From IMG/VR virus record IMGVR_UViG_3300029705_000031: a DNA stretch of 64,000 bases. One strand, given 5' to 3'. This DNA comes from a virus. Lineage: Duplodnaviria > Heunggongvirae > Uroviricota > Caudoviricetes. Below, in pieces: positions 20,911 through 30,761 of the stretch (position 1 is its first letter; each line of letters begins with the position of its first letter). The translations under genes and the position numbers were made by a program. The notes beneath the pieces are model-generated. The model ran no database searches. It had not been told where the DNA came from and saw only the letters and a program-made list of their open reading frames with translations.

Positions 20911-22252
20911 AATTACTATGGATTCTTTAACACATGATCAGCAAAGAGCTATAAAGAAAATGGTCATGTGGTGGAATCTGGTTGATAATCAACAGTATTA
21001 TCGTTTAGTAGGTTATGCTGGAACAGGTAAGACTTTCATAGTCAATTTCCTTATTAAAGAGTTAGGCCTAGATCCTGTTTCACAGGTTGCATTTTGTGCT
21101 TTTACTGGTTCAGCAGCTATGAATTTAGTTAAGAAAGGTAATAAGAATGCGACTACTATTCATCAGTTAATCTATGAAACTACAGTTGAAGAATATCCAG
21201 TTTACCATAAGAAAAAGAATAAAGAAACTGGAGTTATGGAAGATGATTTAAGTCGTGAACCAATTAGATATGAGAAGAAATTCTATACTACTAAGAAAAC
21301 TCAGCTAAATCCTTTAATCAAACTAATTGTTATAGATGAATACTCTATGGCTAGTGATGAAATGTTAAAGGATATACTAAGTTTTGGTATTAAAGTCTTG
21401 ATGATTGGAGATTCAGGTCAGCTCGAACCAGTGAATAAAGTAAATACCTTTATGGATGAGTATGATTCTATACTAGAAGAAATTGTAAGACAACAAGGTG
21501 AAAGTCCCATTATTGATCTATCTTTTAAAGCGAGAAATAAGATAGCTATTCCATATGGTACTTATAATGAAGATGCTGAAGTATTACCTATGTATTGTTT
21601 AGATGATATAGATGATGCTATAGAATTATATACATGGGCAGATCAGATTCTTTGTGGTTCTAATAGAACTAGAAAGAATATAAATCGAATTGTTAGAAAA
21701 CATTTAGGATTTACTGATATAATCCCTCAAGTAGGAGATAAGGTAGTTTGTACTCAGAATAATTGGAAACTATTAACATATAGTCCTAAATTAGGAACCT
21801 ATATAAATCTAGTAAATGGCACTATGGGTTATGTAAACAAGATTAAAGCAGTTAGTCTAGTTTCTAAAGAATTCATCATGGATTTTAGATGTGACTTTGA
21901 TCCAGAATGTGTATTTGAAGATATCAAAGTTAGTTTCTGTAATTTTGATGAAGAAACACAACCACCCTCTCAAAGAGGTAAGTTTGACGGTAGAAGTATT
22001 ACTAACATCTTTGATTTTGGTTATGCTATGACTGTTCATAAAGCACAGGGTAATGGATATGGTAAAGTTCTTGTTATAGTCGAAAAAATGTCCTTTAGAC
22101 CTTTCAATATAGAAACTGAAAGACGTTGGCTGTATACTGCTATTACAAGAGCTGAAAAACAGTTGATTATGTTAATTGATGATAAATACTATCGTAGTCC
22201 TTTGTATGAAAGAGATAGAGAATTTTGGAATAGCTATGATGAATACTACTAA
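20903..22252 (+). CDS. Dda/RecD-like superfamily 1 DNA helicase
   Basis: Walker A GYAGTGKTF, Walker B VIDEYSMA, motif VI VHKAQGNGY; 449 aa like T4 Dda. Confidence 0.75.
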   Translation: MSEITMDSLTHDQQRAIKKMVMWWNLVDNQQYYRLVGYAGTGKTFIVNFLIKELGLDPVSQVAFCAFTGSAAMNLVKKGNKNATTIHQLIYETTVEEYPVYHKKKNKETGVMEDDLSREPIRYEKKFYTTKKTQLNPLIKLIVIDEYSMASDEMLKDILSFGIKVLMIGDSGQLEPVNKVNTFMDEYDSILEEIVRQQGESPIIDLSFKARNKIAIPYGTYNEDAEVLPMYCLDDIDDAIELYTWADQILCGSNRTRKNINRIVRKHLGFTDIIPQVGDKVVCTQNNWKLLTYSPKLGTYINLVNGTMGYVNKIKAVSLVSKEFIMDFRCDFDPECVFEDIKVSFCNFDEETQPPSQRGKFDGRSITNIFDFGYAMTVHKAQGNGYGKVLVIVEKMSFRPFNIETERRWLYTAITRAEKQLIMLIDDKYYRSPLYERDREFWNSYDEYY

Positions 22253-22273
22253 AGAAAGGATTGAAACAAACTC

Positions 22274-22666
22274 ATGACTAATAATCCAAATGAAATCATT
22301 GAAGAGTATGAAGCTAAAGAACAGATTTCTGACAAACAGAAGAAAAAGAAACCTAAGACTAAGAAAGCCGATCACAAACATGTATATGATAAGTATGTGA
22401 TAAAAGAAGAAAAATTAGAAACATTATTTGGTAGCTATACATTGTATAAGGACAAAACACAGTTTAGTATATATAAGAAATGTTCTGTATGTGGAAAACT
22501 TATTCATGAAAATCTACCACAGTATATAGAAGATGATTTAGCTAATACTTTTGAAAAGAATTCAAAAAAATGGAAGTATTTTTATTTCTGTATTAGTAAT
22601 AGAGATGAAGTAGAGTATATAGAAAAGAATTATCCTGAAATTGAAATTTGTTATCTTGAAAAATAA
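22274..22666 (+). CDS. hypothetical protein (130 aa)
   Basis: ORF. Confidence 0.4.
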   Translation: MTNNPNEIIEEYEAKEQISDKQKKKKPKTKKADHKHVYDKYVIKEEKLETLFGSYTLYKDKTQFSIYKKCSVCGKLIHENLPQYIEDDLANTFEKNSKKWKYFYFCISNRDEVEYIEKNYPEIEICYLEK

Positions 22667-22709
22667 GTATATATTCTTATAGTGATTCTATTGAGGAGGT
22701 TTATTAACT

Positions 22710-22970
22710 ATGAATGAAGTTTCTAATCAGCAAAACAATAATCAAGAAATGGAAAAACTATATTATAAGCCTAATGAAGCTAGTTTTAATTTCAATGGTA
22801 TTACTTTGAATGTAGACATTCCTACATTTGTAGGTAACATTAAGAAGATTAGAGAAGAAAATAGAAGAAAGAAAGCACTTAAAGAATTAAAGAAACTTGA
22901 AGGTAAGACTTTAAGAGACGCACAGCATCATGTTGAAGATGAAACTATTGAAGTTGAAGAGGTTAAATAA
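22710..22970 (+). CDS. hypothetical protein (86 aa)
   Basis: ORF with GAGGAGG RBS. Confidence 0.4.
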   Translation: MNEVSNQQNNNQEMEKLYYKPNEASFNFNGITLNVDIPTFVGNIKKIREENRRKKALKELKKLEGKTLRDAQHHVEDETIEVEEVK

Positions 22971-23215
22971 TGAATAACGAGAATACTTTTCAATCTACAG
23001 AAAATTTAGATGATATTGTATTTACTACAGATACAGAACTACCAATTGATCCAGAACAAGCTTTTATCAGTACTAAAAATTCAGATGATTTTGATTTCAA
23101 TTTTAACAATCAGAATAATGCTAATAGAGCTACTAAACCAAAAGCTATGACAAAGAAACAAAGAAGATCTCGCACTAAAATGACTAAGGCGAGTCGTAGA
23201 CGTAATCATAGATAA
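22970..23215 (+). CDS. small protein with strongly basic C-terminus (KKQRRSRTKMTKASRRRNHR), possible nucleic-acid binding
   Basis: composition only. Confidence 0.35.
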   Translation: MNNENTFQSTENLDDIVFTTDTELPIDPEQAFISTKNSDDFDFNFNNQNNANRATKPKAMTKKQRRSRTKMTKASRRRNHR

Positions 23216-23227
23216 AAAAGTATTAGG

Positions 23228-23267
23228 GGAAGAATGACAAAAACTGTCATTCTTCCTTAATTTTTTT
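23228..23267 (+). terminator. rho-independent terminator
   Basis: ggaagaatgaca / tgtcattcttcc + T7. Confidence 0.7.
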
Positions 23268-23362
23268 GAAAAACACAAATTTTCACTATAACAAAAAATT
23301 ACACAAAACATAAATCACTAAGGTGATAGTATTTGTTATAAATGTATAAAGGAGATGTTTAG

Positions 23363-25621
23363 ATGAATGTAGCTGAATGGTTAGGAAAAGACAACCAACT
23401 TGGAATTGATATTTGGGAAAAGAAATATCGTCAAGATGATGAATCTTTTGACGAATGGCTAGATAGAGTAAGTGGTAAGGATGATGAAGTAAAACAGTTA
23501 ATTCTTGAAAAGAAGTTTTTATTTGGTGGAAGAATTCTTTCAAATAGACTACTTGATAGAAAAGCTACTTACAGTAATTGTTACGTTCTTCCTGCTCCTG
23601 AAGATAACATAGAAAGTATTTTTGATACTGCTAAGAACATGGCTAGAACATATAGCTATGGTGGTGGTATTGGTTTTGATTTATCTAAGTTAGCTCCTAA
23701 TGGTGCTAAGATTAACAATACCGCTAAGTATACTAGTGGTGCTATTTCATTTATGGATCTATACTCCATGGTTACAGGCTTGATTGGTCAGAATGGACGT
23801 AGAGGTGCTTTGATGTTATCTATGTCAGTATCTCACCCTGACATTGAGGAATTCATTAAGTGTAAGACAGATCTAGATAGAGTTACTAAAGCAAATATCT
23901 CTGTAAGAGTTTCTGATGATTTTATGAAAGCTGTTGTAAATGATGAAATGTGGACTATGTCTTTTACAAGAGATGAAACTAAAGAAACTATTAGTAAAGA
24001 AGTTAAAGCTAAAGATTTATTCAGACTAATTTGTGAAACTAATCATAACTATGCAGAACCTGGTCTACTATTCTGGGATACTGTATCTAATGGTAACTTA
24101 CTAGAATTTGATAAGGATTTTAGTTATGCTGGTACTAATCCCTGTGGAGAAATGCCTCTACCTGCTGGTGGTGCATGTAATCTAGGTTCTATTAATCTAG
24201 CAGAATTTGTAGGTGAACCTTTTACAGATGATGCATATATTGATTATATAGATTTAGAAGAAACCGTTAGAATTGCAACTAGAGCATTAAATGAAGTTTT
24301 ACATGAAGGTTTATCTAAGCATCCTCTAGACATTCAGAAAGAATCCGTTAACAATTGGAGACAGATTGGTCTTGGTGTTATGGGTATTTCTGATATGCTT
24401 ATTAAGCTTGGTGTACGTTATGGTTCAGAAGAAGCATCTACAGTACTGTATAATGTAATGAAAACTATTGCATATGAATCTTTTAAAGAATCCTATAACT
24501 TAGCCGATAAGTATGGTTCTTATCCTAACTTTAAAAAGAATAAAGTCGTTCAGTCAGCATTTTATAAAAGATTAAATGTATTTACATCTAATAATAAGAA
24601 ACTAGATAAACTAGCAAATTCTCAGTTACTAACTATTGCTCCTACTGGTACTCTTTCCACTATGTTAGGTATTAGTGGTGGTATTGAACCTATCTTTGCT
24701 AATTCCTATACTAGAACTACTCAAAGCTTACATGGAAATAACAATGATGTAGTTTATAAAGTATATACTCCTATTGTAGAAGCATATATGAAAGCCAATG
24801 GTATAACTGATGAAAAGGATCTTCCTGATTACTTTGTAACTGCAAAGGATATCAATTGGAGAGAAAGAATCAATATGCAGGCTGCAGCTCAACATTGGAT
24901 TGATGGTGCTATTAGTTCTACTCTTAATGTACCTGAAGATTTTACAGTTGAAGATGTAATGGAAGCATATATGTATGCTTGGAACGCTGGTCTAAAGGGT
25001 ATCACTATGTTCCGTGATAACTGTAAGAGAGTAGCTATTCTAAATACTGATAAACCTAAAGAAGAAGAAAAGTCTGTTATTGAACTAGCTGATAGTCTAG
25101 TCGGTAAGAGAAAAACTCTAACTACTGGTTGCGGTAGTTTACATTTACAGGCATTCTTTGATAGACATACTGGTGAACTAAAAGAAGTCTTCTTAGCTAA
25201 GGGTTCTACTGGTGGCTGCAATAACTTCATGATTGGTTTATCTAGAATGATTAGTCTAGCTGCTAAAAATGGTGTTTCTACAGCAGAAATTGTTGATCAG
25301 CTTAATAGTTGTGGTGTATGTCCTAGTTATGCAGTAAGAAGAGCAACAAAGGGTGATACAAGTCCTGGTAGTTGCTGTCCTGTTGCAGTTGGTAAGGCAT
25401 TGATTGAATTACAGAAGGAAATGAAAGATGAGATCAATCAATTTTCTTCTAATACTAAAAAAGAATCTGCTGTTCAAAAGAAAGTAGAGAAAAAAGTAGA
25501 GAAGACTAATGCTAATGTTGATCATTCTAAACCTATTAAGTGTCCAGAATGTGGAGAACCACTAAGCTTTACTAATGGATGTGACAGTTGTACTAACTGT
25601 GGTTATTCTACTTGTTCTTAA
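23363..25621 (+). CDS. nrdJ: class II (adenosylcobalamin-type, monomeric) ribonucleotide reductase with C-terminal zinc ribbon
   Basis: NPCGEMPLPAGGACNLGSINL active-site block, TLSTMLGISGGIEPIF, C-terminal CPECGE...CTNCG; no adjacent small subunit gene. Confidence 0.8.
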   Translation: MNVAEWLGKDNQLGIDIWEKKYRQDDESFDEWLDRVSGKDDEVKQLILEKKFLFGGRILSNRLLDRKATYSNCYVLPAPEDNIESIFDTAKNMARTYSYGGGIGFDLSKLAPNGAKINNTAKYTSGAISFMDLYSMVTGLIGQNGRRGALMLSMSVSHPDIEEFIKCKTDLDRVTKANISVRVSDDFMKAVVNDEMWTMSFTRDETKETISKEVKAKDLFRLICETNHNYAEPGLLFWDTVSNGNLLEFDKDFSYAGTNPCGEMPLPAGGACNLGSINLAEFVGEPFTDDAYIDYIDLEETVRIATRALNEVLHEGLSKHPLDIQKESVNNWRQIGLGVMGISDMLIKLGVRYGSEEASTVLYNVMKTIAYESFKESYNLADKYGSYPNFKKNKVVQSAFYKRLNVFTSNNKKLDKLANSQLLTIAPTGTLSTMLGISGGIEPIFANSYTRTTQSLHGNNNDVVYKVYTPIVEAYMKANGITDEKDLPDYFVTAKDINWRERINMQAAAQHWIDGAISSTLNVPEDFTVEDVMEAYMYAWNAGLKGITMFRDNCKRVAILNTDKPKEEEKSVIELADSLVGKRKTLTTGCGSLHLQAFFDRHTGELKEVFLAKGSTGGCNNFMIGLSRMISLAAKNGVSTAEIVDQLNSCGVCPSYAVRRATKGDTSPGSCCPVAVGKALIELQKEMKDEINQFSSNTKKESAVQKKVEKKVEKTNANVDHSKPIKCPECGEPLSFTNGCDSCTNCGYSTCS

Positions 25622-25636
25622 TTAAAAACTATAAAA

Positions 25637-25669
25637 GGTATAATCCAATACGGATTATACCTTTTTTTT
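25637..25669 (+). terminator. rho-independent terminator
   Basis: ggtataatcc / ggattatacc + T8. Confidence 0.7.
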
Positions 25670-25737
25670 ATTTCCTTAAAGTATGTTTTAGTGAAAAAAT
25701 TATTAATGATACTTTTTATGAAAGGAAGAAGTAAATA

Positions 25738-26169
25738 ATGAGAAAATTTTTTAACTGGCTTCATAGCCTATTTAAGAGCGAGAAAAATACAGAAATTGCT
25801 GTAATTACAGAACCTACCGATGAGGTAATTGAAGAAAAGAATGATGAAGAATTAGATATCCCTGTAGAAGAAACTATTGAAACTGAGTGTCACTGTGAAG
25901 AGTGTAATTGCGATAAGCAGTCTGATGAAGATTTCTTAAAGAATCTTGATTGGGATAACTTAGATTTGTATGATTTACATACACTATATTCTCTTGATCT
26001 AGAAAATTACTGTGATGACTTAGTTAACTGGTATAAGATTTCTAAGATTAAGGGCCTACCTGATGATTTCATTCGTAAGTATAAGGACAAGATCATCTGG
26101 AAAGAGTATAACAAGAGTTACTTAAGACATAAGACTAGAGATATGCTTAGAGAAGAAGGATATCTATAA
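25738..26169 (+). CDS. hypothetical acidic protein (143 aa) with one copy of the Trp-anchored repeat (NWYKISKIKGLPDDFIRKYKDKIIW)
   Basis: ORF; C-terminal module similar to repeats of 26358..27581. Confidence 0.45.
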   Translation: MRKFFNWLHSLFKSEKNTEIAVITEPTDEVIEEKNDEELDIPVEETIETECHCEECNCDKQSDEDFLKNLDWDNLDLYDLHTLYSLDLENYCDDLVNWYKISKIKGLPDDFIRKYKDKIIWKEYNKSYLRHKTRDMLREEGYL

Positions 26170-26176
26170 TAGATAA

Positions 26177-26213
26177 TACAGATATAGCTTAACAAAAGCT
26201 ATATCTGTATTTT
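26177..26213 (+). terminator. rho-independent terminator
   Basis: acagatatagctt / agctatatctgt + T-run. Confidence 0.6.
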
Positions 26214-26357
26214 TCAATTATAAAAATATCTATTATTCTAACTTTGATATAAAAGAATTATTTCTTTAAAAATGCTTAAAATAATTCCATATATCAAAAT
26301 AACGTATGGTTTACAAACATACATTAAAATTCTATTAAGAAAAGGAGAAGATCAAAT

Positions 26358-27581
26358 ATGACTGATCAGAAAAGATTTAACAAATCTGTTATTGATGAAG
26401 AAGATGAAATTGAAGAATATAGCGATGATCCTAGAAATGTAAAGTACAAGAAATTTGTAAAACTATTTGACATGCCTGATGAAGAAAGACTAAAGATGTT
26501 TGATCATTTCTTTAGTGAAGAAGCTAATCATAAGTTCTGGAACTATTGTAATGAGTTTAATCAACTTTCTATTCCATTTGTAGAATACTTTATGGATATG
26601 CTTCCTACTAAGTATTGGAAGACTCAGGCTAGAAAACTAATTAGACATGATTTAGATGAAACATTTGCTGATCATTTTGCTGATAAGATCTACTGGCCTT
26701 TGGCTTCTAAGGAAATGACAAAGCTCAGACAGGTTGATGAAGAACTAATTAGAAAATATGATAAGTATTGGGATTGGACTCAGATTTCTAAGGCTAGATT
26801 GTCTGAAGATCTAATTGAAGATTACAAGTATTGCGTAGATTGGACTGAAGTATCTATGCATTCTAGACTATCTGAAAACTTTATTCGTAAACATGTTAAT
26901 GATGTAAACTGGGAAAAGATTTCTGAATGGCAAAGAACTCTATCTGAAGACTTTATTCGCCAGTATCAAGATATGGTTAACTGGAAGTTCATCTCTCAGT
27001 ATCAGAAACTATCTGAAAAGTTTATGGATGAGTTTGCTGATAAGATTGATTGGTTCTATGCTTCTAAATCTCAGAAAATGTCTGAAGGATTTATTGCAAA
27101 GCATAGAGATGATGTTGACTGGGGAAGAATTTCTCGTTATCAAGTACTAAGCATGTACTTTATTCGTCAGTATAAGAATTATGTAAAGTGGAATAGTATC
27201 TTTATGTATCAGAAAACATCTGAAAAATTTAAAGAAGAATTTGCTGAGTTCTATCAGCCTTATGAAGACAAGTTAAAGAAAAAGGGAAAAGGTGTTAGAG
27301 CACAGAAACGTAAGATGGCAGCAAAGGCAGTCTTAGAAGATGAATGGCGTAAGGAACGTGGCTTTGAAAATCAATCTGAAAATTTCAAATATAGTAAGAG
27401 ACCTTCTGGTAAGCCTTTACTAAGAAATGAACAGCAGATTAGAGAAGAGCGATCTATTGTTAATAGATCTAGTGCTCGTACAGTTGTCAAACCTGGTGAT
27501 CGTTATACACCTGTTACTAGACCTACTATTGCTAAAGAAGTAAATGAAGCAAGAGATGAATCTCTTAAGAAACACTTTTAA
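26358..27581 (+). CDS. tandem-repeat protein (407 aa) built of ~9 copies of a 23-residue W-x(3)-IS-x(2)-Q-x-LSE-x-FI-x(4)-D-x-V-x repeat
   Basis: repeat units start with W at 22-24 residue spacing (WTQISKARLSEDLIEDYKYCVD, WEKISEWQRTLSEDFIRQYQDMVN, WKFISQYQKLSEKFMDEFADKID ...); 69-nt periodicity in DNA. Confidence 0.6.
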   Translation: MTDQKRFNKSVIDEEDEIEEYSDDPRNVKYKKFVKLFDMPDEERLKMFDHFFSEEANHKFWNYCNEFNQLSIPFVEYFMDMLPTKYWKTQARKLIRHDLDETFADHFADKIYWPLASKEMTKLRQVDEELIRKYDKYWDWTQISKARLSEDLIEDYKYCVDWTEVSMHSRLSENFIRKHVNDVNWEKISEWQRTLSEDFIRQYQDMVNWKFISQYQKLSEKFMDEFADKIDWFYASKSQKMSEGFIAKHRDDVDWGRISRYQVLSMYFIRQYKNYVKWNSIFMYQKTSEKFKEEFAEFYQPYEDKLKKKGKGVRAQKRKMAAKAVLEDEWRKERGFENQSENFKYSKRPSGKPLLRNEQQIREERSIVNRSSARTVVKPGDRYTPVTRPTIAKEVNEARDESLKKHF

Positions 27582-27591
27582 GTTTTAACAA

Positions 27592-27642
27592 TAAAGATAA
27601 AGTATGATTAACCTATTTAGAGAATCATACTTTATCTTTTTT
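27592..27642 (+). terminator. rho-independent terminator
   Basis: aaagataaagtatgatt / aatcatactttatcttt + T-run. Confidence 0.6.
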
Positions 27643-27663
27643 AAAAGAATGAGGATTTTACAT

Positions 27664-28068
27664 ATGAATAATTCAGATACAGAAAAGAGTTTTTTAAACT
27701 TTGAACTAACTTTGGAAGCCTATGACGCAATAATGGATTATATAGAGGACAATAACTTACTAAATGAAGATAATGCTGAAAGTTTTAGTATCTATGAAAG
27801 TCTAATGTTTGAATTAGCTATAGCTGAAGTAACTAAACTAAAACAAGTACTAATACAAGAAAATGCTAAATACTTATTAGCATTATTAGAAGTTAAAAAA
27901 GCTAAAGCAATGATAGATGATTTAATAAAAGAAATTACAAAAATGGCTGAGAAAGAAAAGCTAGAAAAAGAAAGAAAAGAGCAAGAACAGAATGATACAG
28001 TAAAATCTACTAAGGAATCTTTTATAGATACACTAAAGGGTAAGTTCTCTAAGTTTTTTAATCTATAA
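27664..28068 (+). CDS. coiled-coil protein (135 aa); start moved to ATG 27664 (GAGGA RBS) because ATG 27604 lies inside terminator hairpin
   Basis: RBS tgaggatt 7 nt before ATG 27664; Lys/Glu-rich heptad-like sequence. Confidence 0.45.
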   Translation: MNNSDTEKSFLNFELTLEAYDAIMDYIEDNNLLNEDNAESFSIYESLMFELAIAEVTKLKQVLIQENAKYLLALLEVKKAKAMIDDLIKEITKMAEKEKLEKERKEQEQNDTVKSTKESFIDTLKGKFSKFFNL

Positions 28069-28070
28069 TC

Positions 28071-28110
28071 AAAAATAGTATAGTTTTTATAAAAACTATA
28101 CTATTTTTAA
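28071..28110 (+). terminator. rho-independent terminator
   Basis: aaaaatagtatagttttt / aaaactatactattttt. Confidence 0.6.
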
Positions 28111-28179
28111 ATCTTTATTTTACTTATAAACATATATCATAATTCAGGTAAAATAAAAAGAAAGGAAATTTCATATCTT

Positions 28180-28785
28180 ATGGAAAACATTAAAAAGACT
28201 AAAAATTTCTTTTGTAGAAAATGCTTAACATCATATATCATCCCAACTGAATATAAAAATGAAATTGTAAATCTAACAGAGAATATAAAGATTGATCAGC
28301 ATCTAAACTTTACTTATAAGTGTTGTAAGTGTGGCCATGATGCTGAAGAAATTGATGAAAAGATGTTTTATAACGTCATAAAACTGAATAAAATGGGTTT
28401 CTATACTGATTATTGTTGTGAAGGTCATTCAGAAGATGATAAGAATATGGATAGTGGCACTTATATTAAATTTCTAAGTTTTGATGAACGTTTCTGTGAT
28501 GATTTTAGAAAAATGGATGAAGAAAAACATTTATATCTAAAATCTTTCTTAGAAAGAGAAATTAGAAATCATCCACTACTAAACTTTGAAATAAGCAAAT
28601 ATGATCATTCAATATCAATCGATATGAACTATAATTCAGATGAATTTGATAGATACATTGATGATAAAGGTTTTGAATATGTCAAAACTGAAACTCTATC
28701 ACAATTTGATGAACTCATCAAAAAATTAGAAAAACAAATAACAAGAGAAGAAAAAATGAAGAACTATAAGAAAGGAAACTATTAA
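28180..28785 (+). CDS. zinc-ribbon-containing hypothetical protein (201 aa)
   Basis: CRKC...CCKCGH cysteine pairs; AAAGAAAGGAAAT RBS context. Confidence 0.45.
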   Translation: MENIKKTKNFFCRKCLTSYIIPTEYKNEIVNLTENIKIDQHLNFTYKCCKCGHDAEEIDEKMFYNVIKLNKMGFYTDYCCEGHSEDDKNMDSGTYIKFLSFDERFCDDFRKMDEEKHLYLKSFLEREIRNHPLLNFEISKYDHSISIDMNYNSDEFDRYIDDKGFEYVKTETLSQFDELIKKLEKQITREEKMKNYKKGNY

Positions 28786-28789
28786 AAAC

Positions 28790-29347
28790 ATGAATAATAA
28801 CGAAAATGCAACTGTAATTGTAAAGGATAGAACTATCATTTTCTCTGGTGTTATCGATTCTGAAGCCGCTGGTAAAGGTATTTATGCTATCAAATCAATT
28901 GAAGATGAAGATAATGATAATGAATCTCATCTAAAGACTTATAATAGAGAACCTATCAATCTTATCATTAATTCTAATGGTGGTAATGCTTATGATGCAT
29001 TAGCATTGATTGATGTAATTGAAACTAGTAAAACTCCTATTCATACATATGCATATGGGATGATTATGAGTGCAGCATTACCTCTATTTGTAGCTGGTGA
29101 TAAGAGATTCTGTGGTAGACGTGTAACCTTTATGCATCATGAAGCTGCTGCTAGAATTGATGATTATTCTAGTATTATTTCAGCAAAAGCTAAAGAAGTT
29201 GAACGTGTCGGTAAGGTTATTGATGATGTCTTAATTGAAAGAACTAAAGTTACTGATAAGATGGTAAAACAGTGGTATAATGAAAGAGAAAAATATTTTG
29301 ACGCACAGGAAGCATTAAAGTTAGGAATTGTTCATGAAATTCTATAA
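28790..29347 (+). CDS. ClpP-family (S14) serine peptidase homologue
   Basis: INSNGGNAYDALALIDVI, GMIMSAALPL (Ser), FMHHEAAA (His) align to ClpP GG/Y-D/GxAASMG/MIHQP blocks. Confidence 0.6.
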   Translation: MNNNENATVIVKDRTIIFSGVIDSEAAGKGIYAIKSIEDEDNDNESHLKTYNREPINLIINSNGGNAYDALALIDVIETSKTPIHTYAYGMIMSAALPLFVAGDKRFCGRRVTFMHHEAAARIDDYSSIISAKAKEVERVGKVIDDVLIERTKVTDKMVKQWYNEREKYFDAQEALKLGIVHEIL

Positions 29348-29366
29348 GTAAAGGAACTTTTGGTTT

Positions 29367-30302
29367 ATGGATGGTGAAATGAAAAAGTTTATAAAATATT
29401 ACAAAAAAGAATTTGATAATAATGGAAATTTGATTGATACTAAAGAAGTAAAACTTTCATTTGATAACATGATTAAGCATTCAAATTGTTTTGACTGGTA
29501 TTACTTATCTAATAACATAACTGAAGATACTTGCACCAGAGATTTCATTACAACATTTGGCGAACATCTTAAATGGTATAATGGTAATTTCCTTATGTAT
29601 GTGCCTGATGATATAATTCTAAAAAATATGAATCGAATTGATAAAGGTTCTATTTTTAGTAGAAGACAATTTTCAGAAGAATTTTGTAGTAAGATTTTGG
29701 ATGATATTTTGAATACATCTCCAAAATATGCTAATGACATGTACTTTACAAACTTGAAGTATATGATAAAGTATCAAAAGAATCTTTCAAATGACTTCTT
29801 ACAGAAATATCTTTTTACTAAAATCACTACTGATAAGGTTAAAGGTATTATTCCAGACTATCGTGTAGGAGAGTTAATGAGGAATCTAGCTGAATATTTT
29901 CCTCTTACAGAAGAACAGTATTTGATTTATATAGTAAAAACTTCTAAATATACAACCAAATTTAGTAGATTTACAGCTTTAGTTAATGCGGATAGTAATT
30001 ACAGTCTAGATTTCATTAAAAATCATAGAAAAGGTTTAAATGAAAAAGCTTTCTTAAATACCGATCAAGTAAAATACTATCTATCACATAATAAGATTTC
30101 TGAAAATGCATTAACTGTATTTAAGCAGAGAATTAACTGGATCGATCTTATTAATAGCCATGAAACAAAAGCTGAAGTTTTAGAATATATGGGAAAACAC
30201 TGTAAGAAAGAAATATTTGATACTATAATGAAGCATTCAGACAAACTAAACAACAAAAAGAATCTAGAAATAGTTAATAGATCAATTTCAGAAAAAGTGT
30301 AA
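29367..30302 (+). CDS. hypothetical protein (311 aa) with degenerate copies of the Trp-anchored repeat (DWYYLSNNITEDTCTRDFITTFGEHLKWYNG)
   Basis: paralogy at motif level with 26358..27581 and 25738..26169. Confidence 0.45.
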   Translation: MDGEMKKFIKYYKKEFDNNGNLIDTKEVKLSFDNMIKHSNCFDWYYLSNNITEDTCTRDFITTFGEHLKWYNGNFLMYVPDDIILKNMNRIDKGSIFSRRQFSEEFCSKILDDILNTSPKYANDMYFTNLKYMIKYQKNLSNDFLQKYLFTKITTDKVKGIIPDYRVGELMRNLAEYFPLTEEQYLIYIVKTSKYTTKFSRFTALVNADSNYSLDFIKNHRKGLNEKAFLNTDQVKYYLSHNKISENALTVFKQRINWIDLINSHETKAEVLEYMGKHCKKEIFDTIMKHSDKLNNKKNLEIVNRSISEKV

Positions 30303-30428
30303 AGTTAGAATTTTTAAACATATATTCTAACTATGATAGAATTATAAAGAGGAGAAAGGATTATTATAGAAAATTTCTGTGAACCTTTCTCCTTTTCCTT
30401 GTCTATAAGAAAGGAGATTTAAAGAAAA

Positions 30429-30761
30429 ATGTTTAAAATTATGAAAAAGGAAAAATATGAACTAAGATACTTTTCTGTAAAAATACCTGATGTTGGTATT
30501 GAAAGCATGAATAGCAAACAATTAGAAGCCTATTATTCGAAAGAAAAAATCATTCAATTAGCACAAGATAATGTAATTGAAATTTCATCATTTACACTAT
30601 CTAAAATGTCAAATGAAGCTATAATTAGATTTAGTGTATTTGATAATTCTTTAAAAGATAAGTTTTTAAACATTCTTAATAAAGACTATCGTGAATTGTT
30701 ATTGATCAGAAGTTTGACACCGTTAGGAAGAATTAGAAATGTACACTGGATCTGCAAATGA
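30429..30761 (+). CDS. hypothetical protein (110 aa)
   Basis: ORF, overlaps start of deaminase gene by 23 nt. Confidence 0.4.
   Translation: MFKIMKKEKYELRYFSVKIPDVGIESMNSKQLEAYYSKEKIIQLAQDNVIEISSFTLSKMSNEAIIRFSVFDNSLKDKFLNILNKDYRELLLIRSLTPLGRIRNVHWICK

Noticed and set aside
23266-23300. Sigma-70-like -35/-10 candidates (TTGAAA ... TATAAC) upstream of nrdJ and similar hexamers upstream of other genes
   Set aside because: In ~30% GC DNA such hexamers occur by chance every few tens of nt; no consistently spaced, recurrent promoter motif could be established by eye
26590-27240. 69-nt periodic DNA repeats
   Set aside because: Considered as a CRISPR-like or satellite array; they are in-frame coding repeats of the 23-residue protein repeat, with degenerate DNA identity and no spacers
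27604-27663. Upstream ATG start given in the ORF track for 27604..28068
   Set aside because: This ATG lies inside the terminator hairpin of the preceding gene and has no RBS; ATG 27664 has a GAGGA RBS 7 nt upstream
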